Positions 27,312 through 37,714 of a stretch of 64,000 bases of DNA are shown here, piece by piece. Position 1 is the first letter of the stretch; every line of letters begins with the position of its first letter. The position numbers and the translations under genes are program-made. The stretch comes from an uncultured Gallionellaceae bacterium (GTDB lineage: Bacteria > Pseudomonadota > Gammaproteobacteria > Burkholderiales > Gallionellaceae), in NCBI GenBank assembly GCA_903847155.1, contig CAINCU010000035.1, forward strand, positions 2,008 through 66,007, in the 5' to 3' direction. The notes below the pieces were generated by a model. That model searched no databases. It saw nothing but the letters and a program-made list of their open reading frames with translations, and was not told where the DNA came from.

Positions 27312-30300
27312 ATGAGAGCAGTCGATATGACGCTGGGCGAGCTGATGAGCCCCAGCGTGAAGACCATTGCGCCGGAAGTCACCCTGGGTGAGGCGGCGCG
27401 TTTGATGAGTGACCCGCCGCTTTCCTGCCTGGTGGTGCACCATCAAGGACGCTTGCTGGGCATTGTGACCGAACGCGATATGGTGACGTTGCTGCACGAA
27501 CGCGTGGTTTACGATACCCCTGTTTCCGCCATCATGACCTCGCCGGTGATTACTGCGGCTATCGGCGATACCTTTCGCGACGGTTTGATGCTGATGCGCC
27601 AATATGCCTTGCGTCATCTGGTGGTGACGGATGAGGCGGGCGAGGTGGTCGGCGTGGTCAGCGAGAGCGACATGCGCCGGCATCTCGGCATGGGTATTGT
27701 CGGCAGGATGCGTAACCTGTTCACCGCAATGGATCGCCAATCCCCCAAGTTTTCTCCCGACACGCCCGTGTGCACGGCTTTGCAGCGCATGGTGTTTGAA
27801 CACTGGGATTACGTGATGGTCACGCAAGACGATATGCCGCTCGGCATTCTGACCGAGCGCGACGTGCCGCATCTGCTGGGCGACCGTGCAGATGTGACGC
27901 TGCTGACCATGAGCCAGGTGATGACTTCGCCGTTGACGACTATCGTAGTAGAAGCCGATCTGTTCGATGCGGTCAAATTGATGACCGCGTCCAGCCTGCG
28001 CCACTTGGTAGTGATCGACGAACACGGGCGCTATCTCGGGGTGATCAGTCAGCACGGTCTATTGGAACGCATCGGTCTGGAACTGATAGGTGACAGTTTG
28101 TACGAGCTGGAAGCGTTGCGCACCGAACGCAAGATCGCCGAGCAGGAATTGCGCGAGCGCGAAGAAATCTACAGCACGCTGGTCAATCAAGCGGCGGATG
28201 CCATCGTGCTGATCGACAGCGAGACGCTGGGGTTTGCGGAGTTCAATGCGGTGGCGCATGAAGGTTTGGGCTATACGCGCGAGGAGTTTGCGGCGCTGAC
28301 GCTTTTCGATTTGCAAGTTGGTGTGTTGCAAGAGCAGGTGCGGCAGCGCATGGCACTGACGCTGAACAAAACTGGTGGCGATTCTTTTGTGGTCAAGCAA
28401 CAGCGCAAGGATGGTTCCGCGCGACTGATGCAGGTGAGCGCCCGTCCGGTGGGCATACGCGGCAAAGGGTATATCTCGGTGATCTGGCACGATATCACCG
28501 CACAGAAAAAAGCCGAGCAGGCGCTGATGGAGAGCGAGGCGCGCTATCGCCTGATCGCGGATAACACCGACGACGTGATTTGGATGATGAATCTGAGCGA
28601 GGGAAAGTTCACCTATGTCAGTCCTTCGGTGGAAAAACTGCGCGGTTATACGGCGGAAGAAGTGATGGCGCAGCCGGCCGAGGCTGCGCTGACAGCGGAG
28701 TCGAGCCGTAAAGTGGCAGAAGTCATGGGGCGCACTTTGGAGGCATTCGCTACCAACCATCAAGCGGAGCGCGTGGTGACCACCGAGGTGGAACAGCCGC
28801 ACAAGGATGGCAGCATCGTGCATACCGAAGTGGTGACCAAGTTGCTGACGGATGAAGGAGGGCAGCCCGTTGCTATCCTCGGCGTGACTCGCGATATTAC
28901 GCAGCGCAAAATAACCGAAGCGCAAATCAAGCTGGCCGCCAGCGTGTTCCACGATGTGCGCGAGGGCATCATGATTACTGATGCTGAAGGGGCGGTCATC
29001 AATGTCAATCAGGCTTTTACCGCAATCACCGGTTTTCAGCGCGAAGAAGTTTTCGGCCTGACACCGCGAATTTTGAAATCGGGGCGGCATGAACGCGAGT
29101 TCTACACCAAGCTGTGGCAGCAATTGCTGCAGACGGATCAATGGTCGGGCGAGTTGTGGAATTGTCGCAAAAACGGCGAGGAATATCCGCAGCAACTCAG
29201 TATCTCGGCGGTGAAGGATGCGGCTGGCAAAACCACGCACTACGTCGGTATTTTCACCGACATCACCGAGCATAAACAACAGCAGGAGCAGATCGAGCGT
29301 CTGGCTTATTTCGACGCACTGACGCGGCTACCCAACCGGGTGATGCTGGCGGATCGGATGCAGCAGGCGCTTGCCCGTGCCGACCGCCTGAACAAGATTG
29401 TCGCCGTTTGCTATCTGGATCTGGACGGTTTCAAGCCGATCAATGATCGCTACGGACACAAGGCGGGCGATGGCGTACTGACGGAGATCGCCCTGCGTTT
29501 GCAGAAATTGGTGCGTGCTGAAGATACCGTGGCCCGTTTGGGCGGCGATGAATTCGTGCTGTTGTTGACTGATCTTTCCCACGAAAGAGAGAGTGAGCCG
29601 GTATTGGCGCGCGTGTTGGAAACTATCACCGCGCCGTGCGAATTACACGATGGCGTCAAAGTGAATGTTTCTGCCAGCGTTGGCGTTACTTTTTATCCGA
29701 CCGACCATAACGATTCCGACATGCTATTGCGCCACGCCGATCAGGCGATGTATCAGGCCAAACAATTGGGGCGCAACCGCATGCATTTTTTCGATCCGCA
29801 GTTCGATCAACTGACGCAAAAATTGCGCGAGTTGAAGGCCAAAGTCCGAATCGGATTGGCGCAGGGCGATTTCCTGCTGTATTGGCAGCCCAAGGTGGAT
29901 CTGGTGCGCGGCCATGTGGTGGGTGCCGAGGCACTGCTGCGTTGGAAGCTGGCAGACTCATCCATACGGATGCCGGGCACGTTCCTGCCACAACTGGAGA
30001 ACGACGAACTTATCGTGACTATCGGCGACTTCGTCATCAAGGAAGGAGTGGCAGCGCTATCCCGTTGGCAGGAGTTGGGGTTGAACATGTCGGCCAGCGT
30101 GAATGTTGCCGCGCGGCAGATGTTGTCTCCCGATTTCATGCTCAAGTTGCATGATGCCCTGGATGGGCGCGTTGATATCGCGGCCAATCTGGAGCTGGAG
30201 ATTTTGGAAACTGCCGCGCTGGAAGACCTGGATACAGTGAAGCGCTTGATCAACGAATGCCGTGCGTTGGGCGTGAGCACGGCGCTGGACGATTTCGGTA

Positions 30301-30650
30301 CCGGTTATTCGTCGATGACCCATTTCCGTCACCTGCCGGTGGATACGGTGAAGATCGACCAATCCTTCGTGCGCGATATGCTGAATAACGTCGATGATCT
30401 GGCCATCGTGCAGGGTATTCTGGGATTGACCAAAGCCTTCGGCAAGACTTCAGTTGCGGAAGGCGTCGAGTTCCAGGAGCATCTTGCCGTGCTGCGAAAC
30501 ATGGGCTGTCACCATGCACAGGGCTATGCTATCGGCCATCCCATGCCGGAGCAGGAATTCTTGCGCTGGGTGGCAGATTTCGAGCCGGATATGACTTGGT
30601 CCATGGACGTTGCGCCACTGAAAATCCACACAACAGAGATTGGTCACTGA
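27312..30650 (+). CDS. Multidomain signalling protein: CBS pairs, PAS x3, GGDEF and EAL
   Basis: 1112 aa. It carries four CBS-like modules at the N-terminus and PAS modules (e.g. ESEARYRLIADNTDDVIWMM, ITQRKITEAQIKLAASVFHD). The GGDEF motif is RLGGDEFVLLL, and the EAL domain shows ELEILET, DDFGTGYSS and KIDQSFV. Confidence 0.9.
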   Translation: MRAVDMTLGELMSPSVKTIAPEVTLGEAARLMSDPPLSCLVVHHQGRLLGIVTERDMVTLLHERVVYDTPVSAIMTSPVITAAIGDTFRDGLMLMRQYALRHLVVTDEAGEVVGVVSESDMRRHLGMGIVGRMRNLFTAMDRQSPKFSPDTPVCTALQRMVFEHWDYVMVTQDDMPLGILTERDVPHLLGDRADVTLLTMSQVMTSPLTTIVVEADLFDAVKLMTASSLRHLVVIDEHGRYLGVISQHGLLERIGLELIGDSLYELEALRTERKIAEQELREREEIYSTLVNQAADAIVLIDSETLGFAEFNAVAHEGLGYTREEFAALTLFDLQVGVLQEQVRQRMALTLNKTGGDSFVVKQQRKDGSARLMQVSARPVGIRGKGYISVIWHDITAQKKAEQALMESEARYRLIADNTDDVIWMMNLSEGKFTYVSPSVEKLRGYTAEEVMAQPAEAALTAESSRKVAEVMGRTLEAFATNHQAERVVTTEVEQPHKDGSIVHTEVVTKLLTDEGGQPVAILGVTRDITQRKITEAQIKLAASVFHDVREGIMITDAEGAVINVNQAFTAITGFQREEVFGLTPRILKSGRHEREFYTKLWQQLLQTDQWSGELWNCRKNGEEYPQQLSISAVKDAAGKTTHYVGIFTDITEHKQQQEQIERLAYFDALTRLPNRVMLADRMQQALARADRLNKIVAVCYLDLDGFKPINDRYGHKAGDGVLTEIALRLQKLVRAEDTVARLGGDEFVLLLTDLSHERESEPVLARVLETITAPCELHDGVKVNVSASVGVTFYPTDHNDSDMLLRHADQAMYQAKQLGRNRMHFFDPQFDQLTQKLRELKAKVRIGLAQGDFLLYWQPKVDLVRGHVVGAEALLRWKLADSSIRMPGTFLPQLENDELIVTIGDFVIKEGVAALSRWQELGLNMSASVNVAARQMLSPDFMLKLHDALDGRVDIAANLELEILETAALEDLDTVKRLINECRALGVSTALDDFGTGYSSMTHFRHLPVDTVKIDQSFVRDMLNNVDDLAIVQGILGLTKAFGKTSVAEGVEFQEHLAVLRNMGCHHAQGYAIGHPMPEQEFLRWVADFEPDMTWSMDVAPLKIHTTEIGH

Positions 30651-30727
30651 TGAACACGGATTCTCGCGGATGTAAGGTGCGAATTTTTGCGTGCTTACAC
30701 CAGCAATGTGATGCCACGAACATTGTC

Positions 30728-30795
30728 GCAAGCCAATAGGCACGGTCATCTCCATCAAGTGCGCATGTTGTATCGCCTATGGACGGGCGTTCCCA
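30728..30795 (-). repeat. REP-like element (full ~66-nt form) upstream of lgt
   Basis: gcaagccaataggcacggtcatctccatcaagtgcgcatgttgtatcgcctatggacgggcgttccc is collinear with 41151-41214 and 55416-55481. Confidence 0.75.
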
Positions 30796-30876
30796 TGAGG
30801 TTGGGTGTTGAACAAAGGGTGGAAACAAAGAGCCCGCCCGAATATTCTTCGCTGCTCTGTGGTAAATTCTATCCCC

Positions 30877-31671
30877 ATGTTTACCCATCCCCAATTCGAC
30901 CCCGTCGCCATTCATCTTGGCTCTTTCGGCATCCACTGGTACGGCCTGATGTACCTGCTCGGTTTTGTAACGTTCATCTGGCTGGGACGCAAGCGTCTGA
31001 GCAAAATGAACCGGCCCGGCTGGGACGACAAATTTCTCGATGACCTGTTGTTCTATGGCGTGCTCGGCGTGGTGCTGGGAGGGCGTTTGGGCGAGGTGTT
31101 GTTTTACAACCCCGGCTATTACTTTTCGCATCCGCTGAAAATATTCGCGGTGTGGGAAGGCGGTATGTCGTTCCACGGCGGCTTTATCGGTGTGATGCTC
31201 GCGATGGCGTTGTTCGCTCGTGGTCGCCATATTCAGTGGTTGGCGTTGATGGATTTCATCGCGCCGCTGGTTCCGCCCGGTTTGGCTTTTGGGCGCTTCG
31301 GCAATTTCATCAACGGTGAGTTGTGGGGACGTCCGACCGATGTGCCTTGGGCGATGATATTTCCTCAGGTGGACAATATCCCGCGCCATCCTTCGCAACT
31401 GTACGAATCTGCATTGGAGGGTGTCGCGCTGTTTGTGCTGCTCTGGTTTTACTCCAACAAGCCCCGGCCAACGGGTGCGGTATCCGGCCTGTTCCTGATC
31501 GGTTACGGCTGTTTCCGCTTTATTTGCGAGTTCACCCGCAATCCTGATAACGGTATTTTCGGCCTGATGACGTTCGGCGTGAGCATGGGACAGTGGCTGA
31601 GCCTGCCTATGGTGTTGGCGGGCATCGCGCTGATGGTATGGTCAATTCGCGGGCAGGCAACCGAAAAATAA
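30877..31671 (+). CDS. lgt: Prolipoprotein diacylglyceryl transferase
   Basis: 264 aa from [26 protein letters not shown], with the motifs [21 protein letters not shown] and HPSQLYE. Confidence 0.95.
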   Translation: MFTHPQFDPVAIHLGSFGIHWYGLMYLLGFVTFIWLGRKRLSKMNRPGWDDKFLDDLLFYGVLGVVLGGRLGEVLFYNPGYYFSHPLKIFAVWEGGMSFHGGFIGVMLAMALFARGRHIQWLALMDFIAPLVPPGLAFGRFGNFINGELWGRPTDVPWAMIFPQVDNIPRHPSQLYESALEGVALFVLLWFYSNKPRPTGAVSGLFLIGYGCFRFICEFTRNPDNGIFGLMTFGVSMGQWLSLPMVLAGIALMVWSIRGQATEK

Positions 31672-31679
31672 TCTTTGCA

Positions 31680-32678
31680 ATGAATCGCGCAAATGCTCGT
31701 ATCTTGGTTGCCTGCTGTTCAGCGGCGTTGCTTGCGCTCACCAGTTCACCTTGCGTTGCCAAACCCAGTTTGAAGGAGTGCGCCGAAATCCAGAATGTGA
31801 CACTGCGTCTGGCTTGCTTCGACAGCATCACGGAAAAGCATTATGCGCAGCGCTCTTTTCTCAACCGTGCGTGGGATTTGGACGGTAATGGCAACCCGGA
31901 TAGCGGGGGTATTCGCCGCTTGGAGCCGTACCGCAAAATCTATGTAGTGATTCATCATGCTTCCAGTATCAATACCGCACCGTCTTCACCCGCACCTTTA
32001 CATTCTGTGCTGACTCCCTACGACTTCAATCATGACGAGTTGAAATTCCAGTTCAGCGCAAAGTCGGAAATCGGCAATTACCGAGACATTCATTTTTTTC
32101 GCTTCCAGAATTTTCGCTTGTGGGCTGCCTATACCCAACAATCCTACTGGCAGATATACAACAGTACTATTTCTTCACCCTTCCGCGAAACCAACTACGA
32201 ACCGGAACTGATTGGCACTTTCGGTACTGGCAGTGCCAGCGGGTGCAAATTGCTTAATGTGGGACTGACACATCAGTCGAATGGCAGGTCGACTCCCGAG
32301 TCGCGCAGCTGGAACCGTCTGTATTTGCAGGGTGGTTGGGAATGGGACGATTTTTATGTGCTGGGACGGGGATGGTGGAGATTGCCCGAGGCTGCCGCTA
32401 CCGACGACAATCCGGACATCACCAAGTACATTGGTGTAGCCGACATGGAAGCTCACTGGTCGCCGGATAGCGAAGATGAAGTGATGCTGTTGCTGCGCAG
32501 CAACATGAACCTGGGGCATCCGCGCGGCTATCTGGAATTGAACTGGTCCACGCCGGTGCATATTGCCCACCTGTCACGTTTGAGTCTGCAATTTTCCTCC
32601 GGCTACGGCGGCAGCCTGATCGATTACAACTATAATCAAACTGCATTCGGTATCGGACTGACGTTCAGGGAATGGTAG
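31680..32678 (+). CDS. pldA: Outer-membrane phospholipase A (OMPLA)
   Basis: A signal peptide, then OMPLA motifs YEPELI and the catalytic HQSNGRS...SRSWNR. Confidence 0.85.
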   Translation: MNRANARILVACCSAALLALTSSPCVAKPSLKECAEIQNVTLRLACFDSITEKHYAQRSFLNRAWDLDGNGNPDSGGIRRLEPYRKIYVVIHHASSINTAPSSPAPLHSVLTPYDFNHDELKFQFSAKSEIGNYRDIHFFRFQNFRLWAAYTQQSYWQIYNSTISSPFRETNYEPELIGTFGTGSASGCKLLNVGLTHQSNGRSTPESRSWNRLYLQGGWEWDDFYVLGRGWWRLPEAAATDDNPDITKYIGVADMEAHWSPDSEDEVMLLLRSNMNLGHPRGYLELNWSTPVHIAHLSRLSLQFSSGYGGSLIDYNYNQTAFGIGLTFREW

Positions 32679-32744
32679 TTGCGTTGACACTGCTCACGAC
32701 CTTACCCGATACTCTGCCCATCGCATAAGTATAGGTCTCCAGCT

Positions 32745-34031
32745 TTGGACGATTTCTCACTGGGCACGTTATTTATCACGCTGCTTGTCATTTTGATCTT
32801 TTCGGGTTTTTTCTCCGCATCCGAAACCAGCATGATGGCAATCAACCGCCATCGCCTGAACCATCTGGTGCGCAAAGGCAACAAGAGTGCCAAGCTCACT
32901 GCCCGCTTGCTTGCGCAAACCGACAAGTTGCTCGGCTCCATCCTGCTCGGCAATACCCTGCTCAACGTGGCCGCCGCGACCTTGACCGAAATCATCGTGC
33001 TGCGCATGTTCGGCCACGATAACAGTTCGGCTCTGCTGATTGGCTCGCTGATCATCACCTTCGCCATCCTTGTGCTCAGTGAGATCATGCCCAAGATCGT
33101 CGCCGCCAGCCATGCGGAACGCGTCGCTTTGCCTTCCAGTTATCTGCTGTCTTTTGTCATCAAGCTGTTTTATCCGGTGGTTTCCATCGCCACTGCAATT
33201 GTGCGCGGCATGCTGTGGCTGTTGCGCATCAAAATTCAAACCGACCGCAGCCACCAAAAAATGAATCTGGAAGAATTGCGATCTCTGGTACTGGATGCAG
33301 AGAATTTTTTGCCGCGCAAACACCAGAAAATGTTGCTGAATCTGGTCGATCTGGAACGCATTACCGTGAACGATGTGATGATTCCGCGCAACCAGATCGA
33401 GGCGCTGGACATCAATGCCGCCCCGTCCGAATTGCGCCAGCAGATCATCACTTGTCACCATACGCTGCTGCCCGTCTATACCGATGCGCAGAGCAATATC
33501 GTCGGCGTTTTGCATATCAAACGTATCCTTCCCCTGCTACAGGAAACCGAATTGGATGTGGCGCAATTGCGTGAAATTTTGCAGGAACCCTATTTCATCC
33601 CGTCGGACACGCCCCTGCTCAAGCAATTACAGCAATTCCAGGAGCGTCACACACGTCTGAGCTTGGTAGTTGATGAATATGGGGAATTGCTCGGCTTGGT
33701 TACACTGGAAAATATTCTGGAAGAGATCGTTGGCGATTTCACCACGCAATCGCCTTCTCAATCCGGCAAGTTTCTGCGCCAGGAGGATGGTAGTTTGCTG
33801 CTTGAGGGCAGCAGCAGTCTGCGCGACTTGAACCGCAAGTTGGGCCTGCATCTGCCGCTGGGCGAGGCCAAAACACTCAACGGACTGATACTTGAACACC
33901 TGCAAGACATTCCAGAAGCTGGAACCAGCCTGAAGATCGGTAACTATCCGATTGAAATTATCCAGACCCAAGACAGGGCGGTCAAAGTCGCACGCATTTT
34001 CCCTGCGCAAGCAAATAAACTCAGTTCATAG
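32745..34031 (+). CDS. HlyC/CorC family transporter (CNNM/DUF21 TM domain, CBS pair and CorC_HlyC domain)
   Basis: 428 aa with FFSASETSMMA, a CBS pair and a C-terminal transporter-associated domain. Confidence 0.9.
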   Translation: MDDFSLGTLFITLLVILIFSGFFSASETSMMAINRHRLNHLVRKGNKSAKLTARLLAQTDKLLGSILLGNTLLNVAAATLTEIIVLRMFGHDNSSALLIGSLIITFAILVLSEIMPKIVAASHAERVALPSSYLLSFVIKLFYPVVSIATAIVRGMLWLLRIKIQTDRSHQKMNLEELRSLVLDAENFLPRKHQKMLLNLVDLERITVNDVMIPRNQIEALDINAAPSELRQQIITCHHTLLPVYTDAQSNIVGVLHIKRILPLLQETELDVAQLREILQEPYFIPSDTPLLKQLQQFQERHTRLSLVVDEYGELLGLVTLENILEEIVGDFTTQSPSQSGKFLRQEDGSLLLEGSSSLRDLNRKLGLHLPLGEAKTLNGLILEHLQDIPEAGTSLKIGNYPIEIIQTQDRAVKVARIFPAQANKLSS

Positions 34032-34155
34032 GGGGTCACTTTACAATGGCAATAATGCCATGCATCATCTGATAACTCTTTATAATCCAAAGCGTTTATG
34101 GCAGTGTTAACATTCAGCGCAATTCACCATAGAAGTATTTGAGTCGAGGAACACG

Positions 34156-35370
34156 ATGGCTACCCGTAAAGTAGAAAAAATTAAAGAGATTCAATACGGC
34201 TGGGAAGGCAAGGACAAGGCTGGCAAAATCGTCAAGGGCGAAATGCGCGGTGCCGGCGAGGCTAGCATTTCCGCTCATTTGCGCCGTCAGGGAATTACCG
34301 TTACCAAAATCAAGAAAAGCTCAAAAGGTGGCGGCAAGGTCACTGAAAAAGACGTCACCCTATTCACCCGCCAGCTCGCTACCATGTTGAAATCCGGCGT
34401 GCCGCTGCTGTTAGCCTTCGACATCGTGGGCAAAGGACATGACAACCCGGCAGTTGCACGTTTGCTGCTCGACATCAAGACGGATGTAGAAACCGGTAGC
34501 AGCCTGGAACAAGCCTTCCGCAAATTCCCACTCTATTTCGATGAGCTATTCTGCAACCTGATCGGCGCGGGTGAAGCGGCAGGTATCTTGGACACCTTGC
34601 TGGAACGTCTGGCTGGCTATAAAGAAAAGATTCAGGCTATCAAGAGCAAAATCAAGTCAGCCTTGTTCTATCCGATTTCCATCGTCGTGGTTGCCTTTAT
34701 CATCACCGCCGTGATCATGATTTTCGTAGTTCCGGCTTTCAAAGAGCTATTCACCAGTTTCGGCGCAGATTTGCCCGCTCCCACGCTGGTTCTCATGGCC
34801 ATTTCCGATTTCTTTGTCACTTGGTGGTGGGCGATCTTTCTCGTCATCGGTGGGGGAGGCTATTGGTTTATGTACACGTGGAAACGTAGCAAAAAGTTGC
34901 AGCGCTTCATGGATATATTGATGCTTAAGCTTCCCGTATTTGGTGGGCTAATCCGCAAGGCTACTATCGCACGCTGGACGCGCACACTGTCCACCATGTT
35001 TGCCGCAGGCGTACCTCTGGTTGAAGCTTTTGATTCAGTCGCGGGAGCCTCAGGCAATGCAGTTTATTACGAGGCCACCAAACAAATTCAACGCGAAGTA
35101 ACTTCGGGAAGCAGCCTGAATGCAGCCATGATCAACTCCAACGTTTTTCCCGCCATGGTGCTGCAAATGGTCGCTATCGGCGAAGAATCCGGCTCGATTG
35201 ATAGCATGCTATCCAAGGTGGCTGATTTCTATGAAGCAGAAGTGGATGATGCAGTCGATGCACTAGCCAGTCTGATGGAACCAATCATCATGGCTGTACT
35301 CGGCGTGCTTATTGGAGGCATGGTGATCGCGATGTATTTGCCGATTTTCAAAATGGGACAAGTCGTTTAA
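34156..35370 (+). CDS. pilC: Type IV pilus inner-membrane platform protein PilC (GspF family)
   Basis: 404 aa with two GspF repeats (FTRQLATMLKSGVPLL, WTRTLSTMFAAGVPLV) and three TM segments. Confidence 0.9.
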   Translation: MATRKVEKIKEIQYGWEGKDKAGKIVKGEMRGAGEASISAHLRRQGITVTKIKKSSKGGGKVTEKDVTLFTRQLATMLKSGVPLLLAFDIVGKGHDNPAVARLLLDIKTDVETGSSLEQAFRKFPLYFDELFCNLIGAGEAAGILDTLLERLAGYKEKIQAIKSKIKSALFYPISIVVVAFIITAVIMIFVVPAFKELFTSFGADLPAPTLVLMAISDFFVTWWWAIFLVIGGGGYWFMYTWKRSKKLQRFMDILMLKLPVFGGLIRKATIARWTRTLSTMFAAGVPLVEAFDSVAGASGNAVYYEATKQIQREVTSGSSLNAAMINSNVFPAMVLQMVAIGEESGSIDSMLSKVADFYEAEVDDAVDALASLMEPIIMAVLGVLIGGMVIAMYLPIFKMGQVV

Positions 35371-35388
35371 TAATCGCATTTAGATTCA

Positions 35389-35414
35389 GGCGCGGCTCAG
35401 TCCGCGCTTTTTTT
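35389..35414 (+). terminator. Rho-independent terminator or attenuator between pilC and pilD
   Basis: The stem is gcgcgg-ctcagt-ccgcgc, followed by TTTTTTT. Confidence 0.6.
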
Positions 35415-35428
35415 ACAGGTAAAACTCA

Positions 35429-36289
35429 ATGCTGCTCCTGCTCCAATCCTCTCCGCCGATTTTCGCCCTATGCTCTGGCATCATCGGTCTGCTGGTCGGC
35501 AGCTTTCTCAACGTCGTCATCCACCGTTTGCCGAAGATGATGGAACGCGAGTGGCATGAGCAATGCGCCGAATTGAACGGCACGACGGCGGAACCGGCAG
35601 CGCGCTACAACCTTGTAGTCCCGCGTTCCGCATGCCCGCATTGCGGGCACGCGATCAGTGCTGTGGAAAACATTCCAGTTATCAGCTATCTGTTCCTGCG
35701 CGGCAAATGCGCCGGTTGCGGCACACGCATTTCTCCGCGTTATCCCGTGGTCGAGGCGATCAGCGGCTTGTTGAGCGCTTATGCCGCATGGAATTTCGGC
35801 TTCGGGCTCGCCGGACTCGCCGCCATCGTTTTTGTGTGGGCGCTGATCGCGCTCACGTTCATAGACTTCGACACCCAGATGTTGCCCGACAGCATTACTT
35901 TGCCCTTGCTCTGGCTGGGAATAATACTCAATCTCAATGGTGCTTACACCTCGCTACCGCACGCCGTCATCGGGGCGGTAGCCGGCTATTTCATTTTATG
36001 GAGCGTGTATTGGCTGTTCAAGCTCGCTACTGGCAAAGAGGGTATGGGCTTTGGCGATTTCAAACTTCTTGCCGCCATTGGCGCTTGGCTGGGCTGGCAG
36101 ATGTTGCCGCTGGTCATCCTGCTGTCGTCTCTGGTTGGTGCCGTAGTCGGCATCACACTTATTGTCATCGCCAAGCATGGCCGCAACATACCCATCCCCT
36201 TCGGCCCCTATCTTGCGGGTGGCGGTTTGATCGCGCTGTTCTGGGGGCAAACGCTGACGCAAAGTTATCTGCAACTGCTGGCACAGTGA
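35429..36289 (+). CDS. pilD: Prepilin peptidase / N-methyltransferase (A24 family)
   Basis: 286 aa with a Cys-rich N-terminal region (CPHCGH...CAGCG) and the motif GKEGMGFGDFKLLAAIGAWLG. Confidence 0.9.
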   Translation: MLLLLQSSPPIFALCSGIIGLLVGSFLNVVIHRLPKMMEREWHEQCAELNGTTAEPAARYNLVVPRSACPHCGHAISAVENIPVISYLFLRGKCAGCGTRISPRYPVVEAISGLLSAYAAWNFGFGLAGLAAIVFVWALIALTFIDFDTQMLPDSITLPLLWLGIILNLNGAYTSLPHAVIGAVAGYFILWSVYWLFKLATGKEGMGFGDFKLLAAIGAWLGWQMLPLVILLSSLVGAVVGITLIVIAKHGRNIPIPFGPYLAGGGLIALFWGQTLTQSYLQLLAQ

Positions 36290-36882
36290 AACAACTGGTT
36301 GGATTGACGGGAGGTATCGGTAGCGGCAAAAGTACGGTCGCCCAACTTTTCGCCGATCTTGGCGCGCGAATCATCGATACCGATCTGATTTCGCACCAAC
36401 TCACGCAAGCTAATGGGGCAGCGATTCCGGCCATACGCCAAACATTCGGAGCGGAGTACGTCGATGTGCAAGGCGCACTGGATCGCGCCAAAATGCGCGA
36501 ACTGGTATTTGCCGACTTCAACGCCAAGCGCCGTCTGCAAGACATCCTGCATCCGCTGATTCTGGCGCAAGCCAAGCAACAAGCAACTTCCCTAAGCGAT
36601 GCTCCTTACAAACTGATTGTCGTTCCCCTGTTGTTCGAGGGCACGCGCTACCGCGATTGGCTGCATCGAGTGATCGTGGTAGATTGTCCTGAAGAGATGC
36701 AAATTGAACGAACCATACAGCGAAGCCATCTGAGCGAATCCACGGTCCGATCCATCATGGCACAGCAAATTGACCGTCAACGGCGCCTGCAACTTGCCGA
36801 TGTTGTCATCCGCAACGATGGCGACATGGAAACCCTGCGAGATCAGGTAAAAAAACTGCATGAAAGCTTGATAAAAGCCTGA
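36286..36882 (+). CDS. coaE: Dephospho-CoA kinase
   Basis: A GTG start overlaps the pilD TGA (caGTGAaa). The P-loop is VGLTGGIGSGKST. 198 aa. Confidence 0.85.
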   Translation: MKQLVGLTGGIGSGKSTVAQLFADLGARIIDTDLISHQLTQANGAAIPAIRQTFGAEYVDVQGALDRAKMRELVFADFNAKRRLQDILHPLILAQAKQQATSLSDAPYKLIVVPLLFEGTRYRDWLHRVIVVDCPEEMQIERTIQRSHLSESTVRSIMAQQIDRQRRLQLADVVIRNDGDMETLRDQVKKLHESLIKA

Positions 36883-36955
36883 AAATCAATTGACGATAGT
36901 TGGCGCTGCCTATATCTTTCGCAACTAGCCAATCCCCTACACTAGACAGGCGAAA

Positions 36956-37714
36956 GTGATCAAATACGAGTTTCCTCTGAATGAAAGAGTACGCACCATG
37001 CTGCGTCTTGAGGATCTCTTCTTGCGTGTAACCCGGTTCATTGCCAGCGAAGAAAGTGCCGATCACCATGCCGCATTGAATGTGCTGTTCGAGATACTTG
37101 AAGTTGCCAGCCGCGCCGATCTCAAGTCGGAACTGCTGCAAGAGATGGAGCGTCAAAAGAAAATCCTCAATGCTTTGCACAATAACCCGCAAATATCCGA
37201 GGACGCGCTAGATAGTCTGATGGCAAAAATCGAAAATGTCAGCACCACATTATTGAGCATGAGCGGCAAGATCGGTCAGCACCTGCGCGACAATGAGTGG
37301 TTAATGAGCATTAAGCAACGTTCCAGTATCCCCGGCGGTGTGTGCGAATTTGACCTGCCCGCGTATCATTATTGGCAGCACCAGCCTGCACCATTGCGCC
37401 GCGACGATTTGAACTTGTGGATCACACCCCTGTTGCCGCTGCGCGATGGCATCACCATCATGCTTGATATATTGAGAGGAAGCTGTAAGGCACATCACTT
37501 CGTTGCTCATCATGGCACCTTCCAGCAAATGCAAGGCGGGCGCGTGGCGCAAATGCTGAGCATTGAGCTCGAATCAGAGTTGCCCTGCTTCCCGGAAGTC
37601 AGCGCTAACAAATACGCACTCAACATCCGGCTTGTCGAAGCGAATTACAGCGCCAAAACCACCCTCTATGATCACGATGTTCCGTTCGACCTGACTTTCT
37701 GTTCCCTGCAATGA
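36956..37714 (+). CDS. zapD: Cell division protein ZapD
   Basis: 252 aa from (GTG)IKYEFPLNERVRTMLRLEDLF, in the conserved coaE-zapD-yacG order. Confidence 0.85.
   Translation: MIKYEFPLNERVRTMLRLEDLFLRVTRFIASEESADHHAALNVLFEILEVASRADLKSELLQEMERQKKILNALHNNPQISEDALDSLMAKIENVSTTLLSMSGKIGQHLRDNEWLMSIKQRSSIPGGVCEFDLPAYHYWQHQPAPLRRDDLNLWITPLLPLRDGITIMLDILRGSCKAHHFVAHHGTFQQMQGGRVAQMLSIELESELPCFPEVSANKYALNIRLVEANYSAKTTLYDHDVPFDLTFCSLQ

Noticed and set aside
28059-29279. The 406-aa ORF, and the 300-aa ORF at 27153..28055, both on the minus strand
   Set aside because: Both are antisense to the CBS-PAS-GGDEF-EAL gene, and neither contains a recognisable motif.
30529-31398. A 289-aa minus-strand ORF containing the peptide ERPSIGD
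   Set aside because: It is antisense to lgt. The ERPSIGD match to the murG insert simply reflects the shared REP-like nucleotide core at 30771.
35563-36882. A 439-aa ORF spanning pilD and coaE
   Set aside because: Only its last 198 codons (from the GTG at 36286) look like a real protein, namely dephospho-CoA kinase with a P-loop. The upstream part is an Arg-rich alternative frame of pilD.
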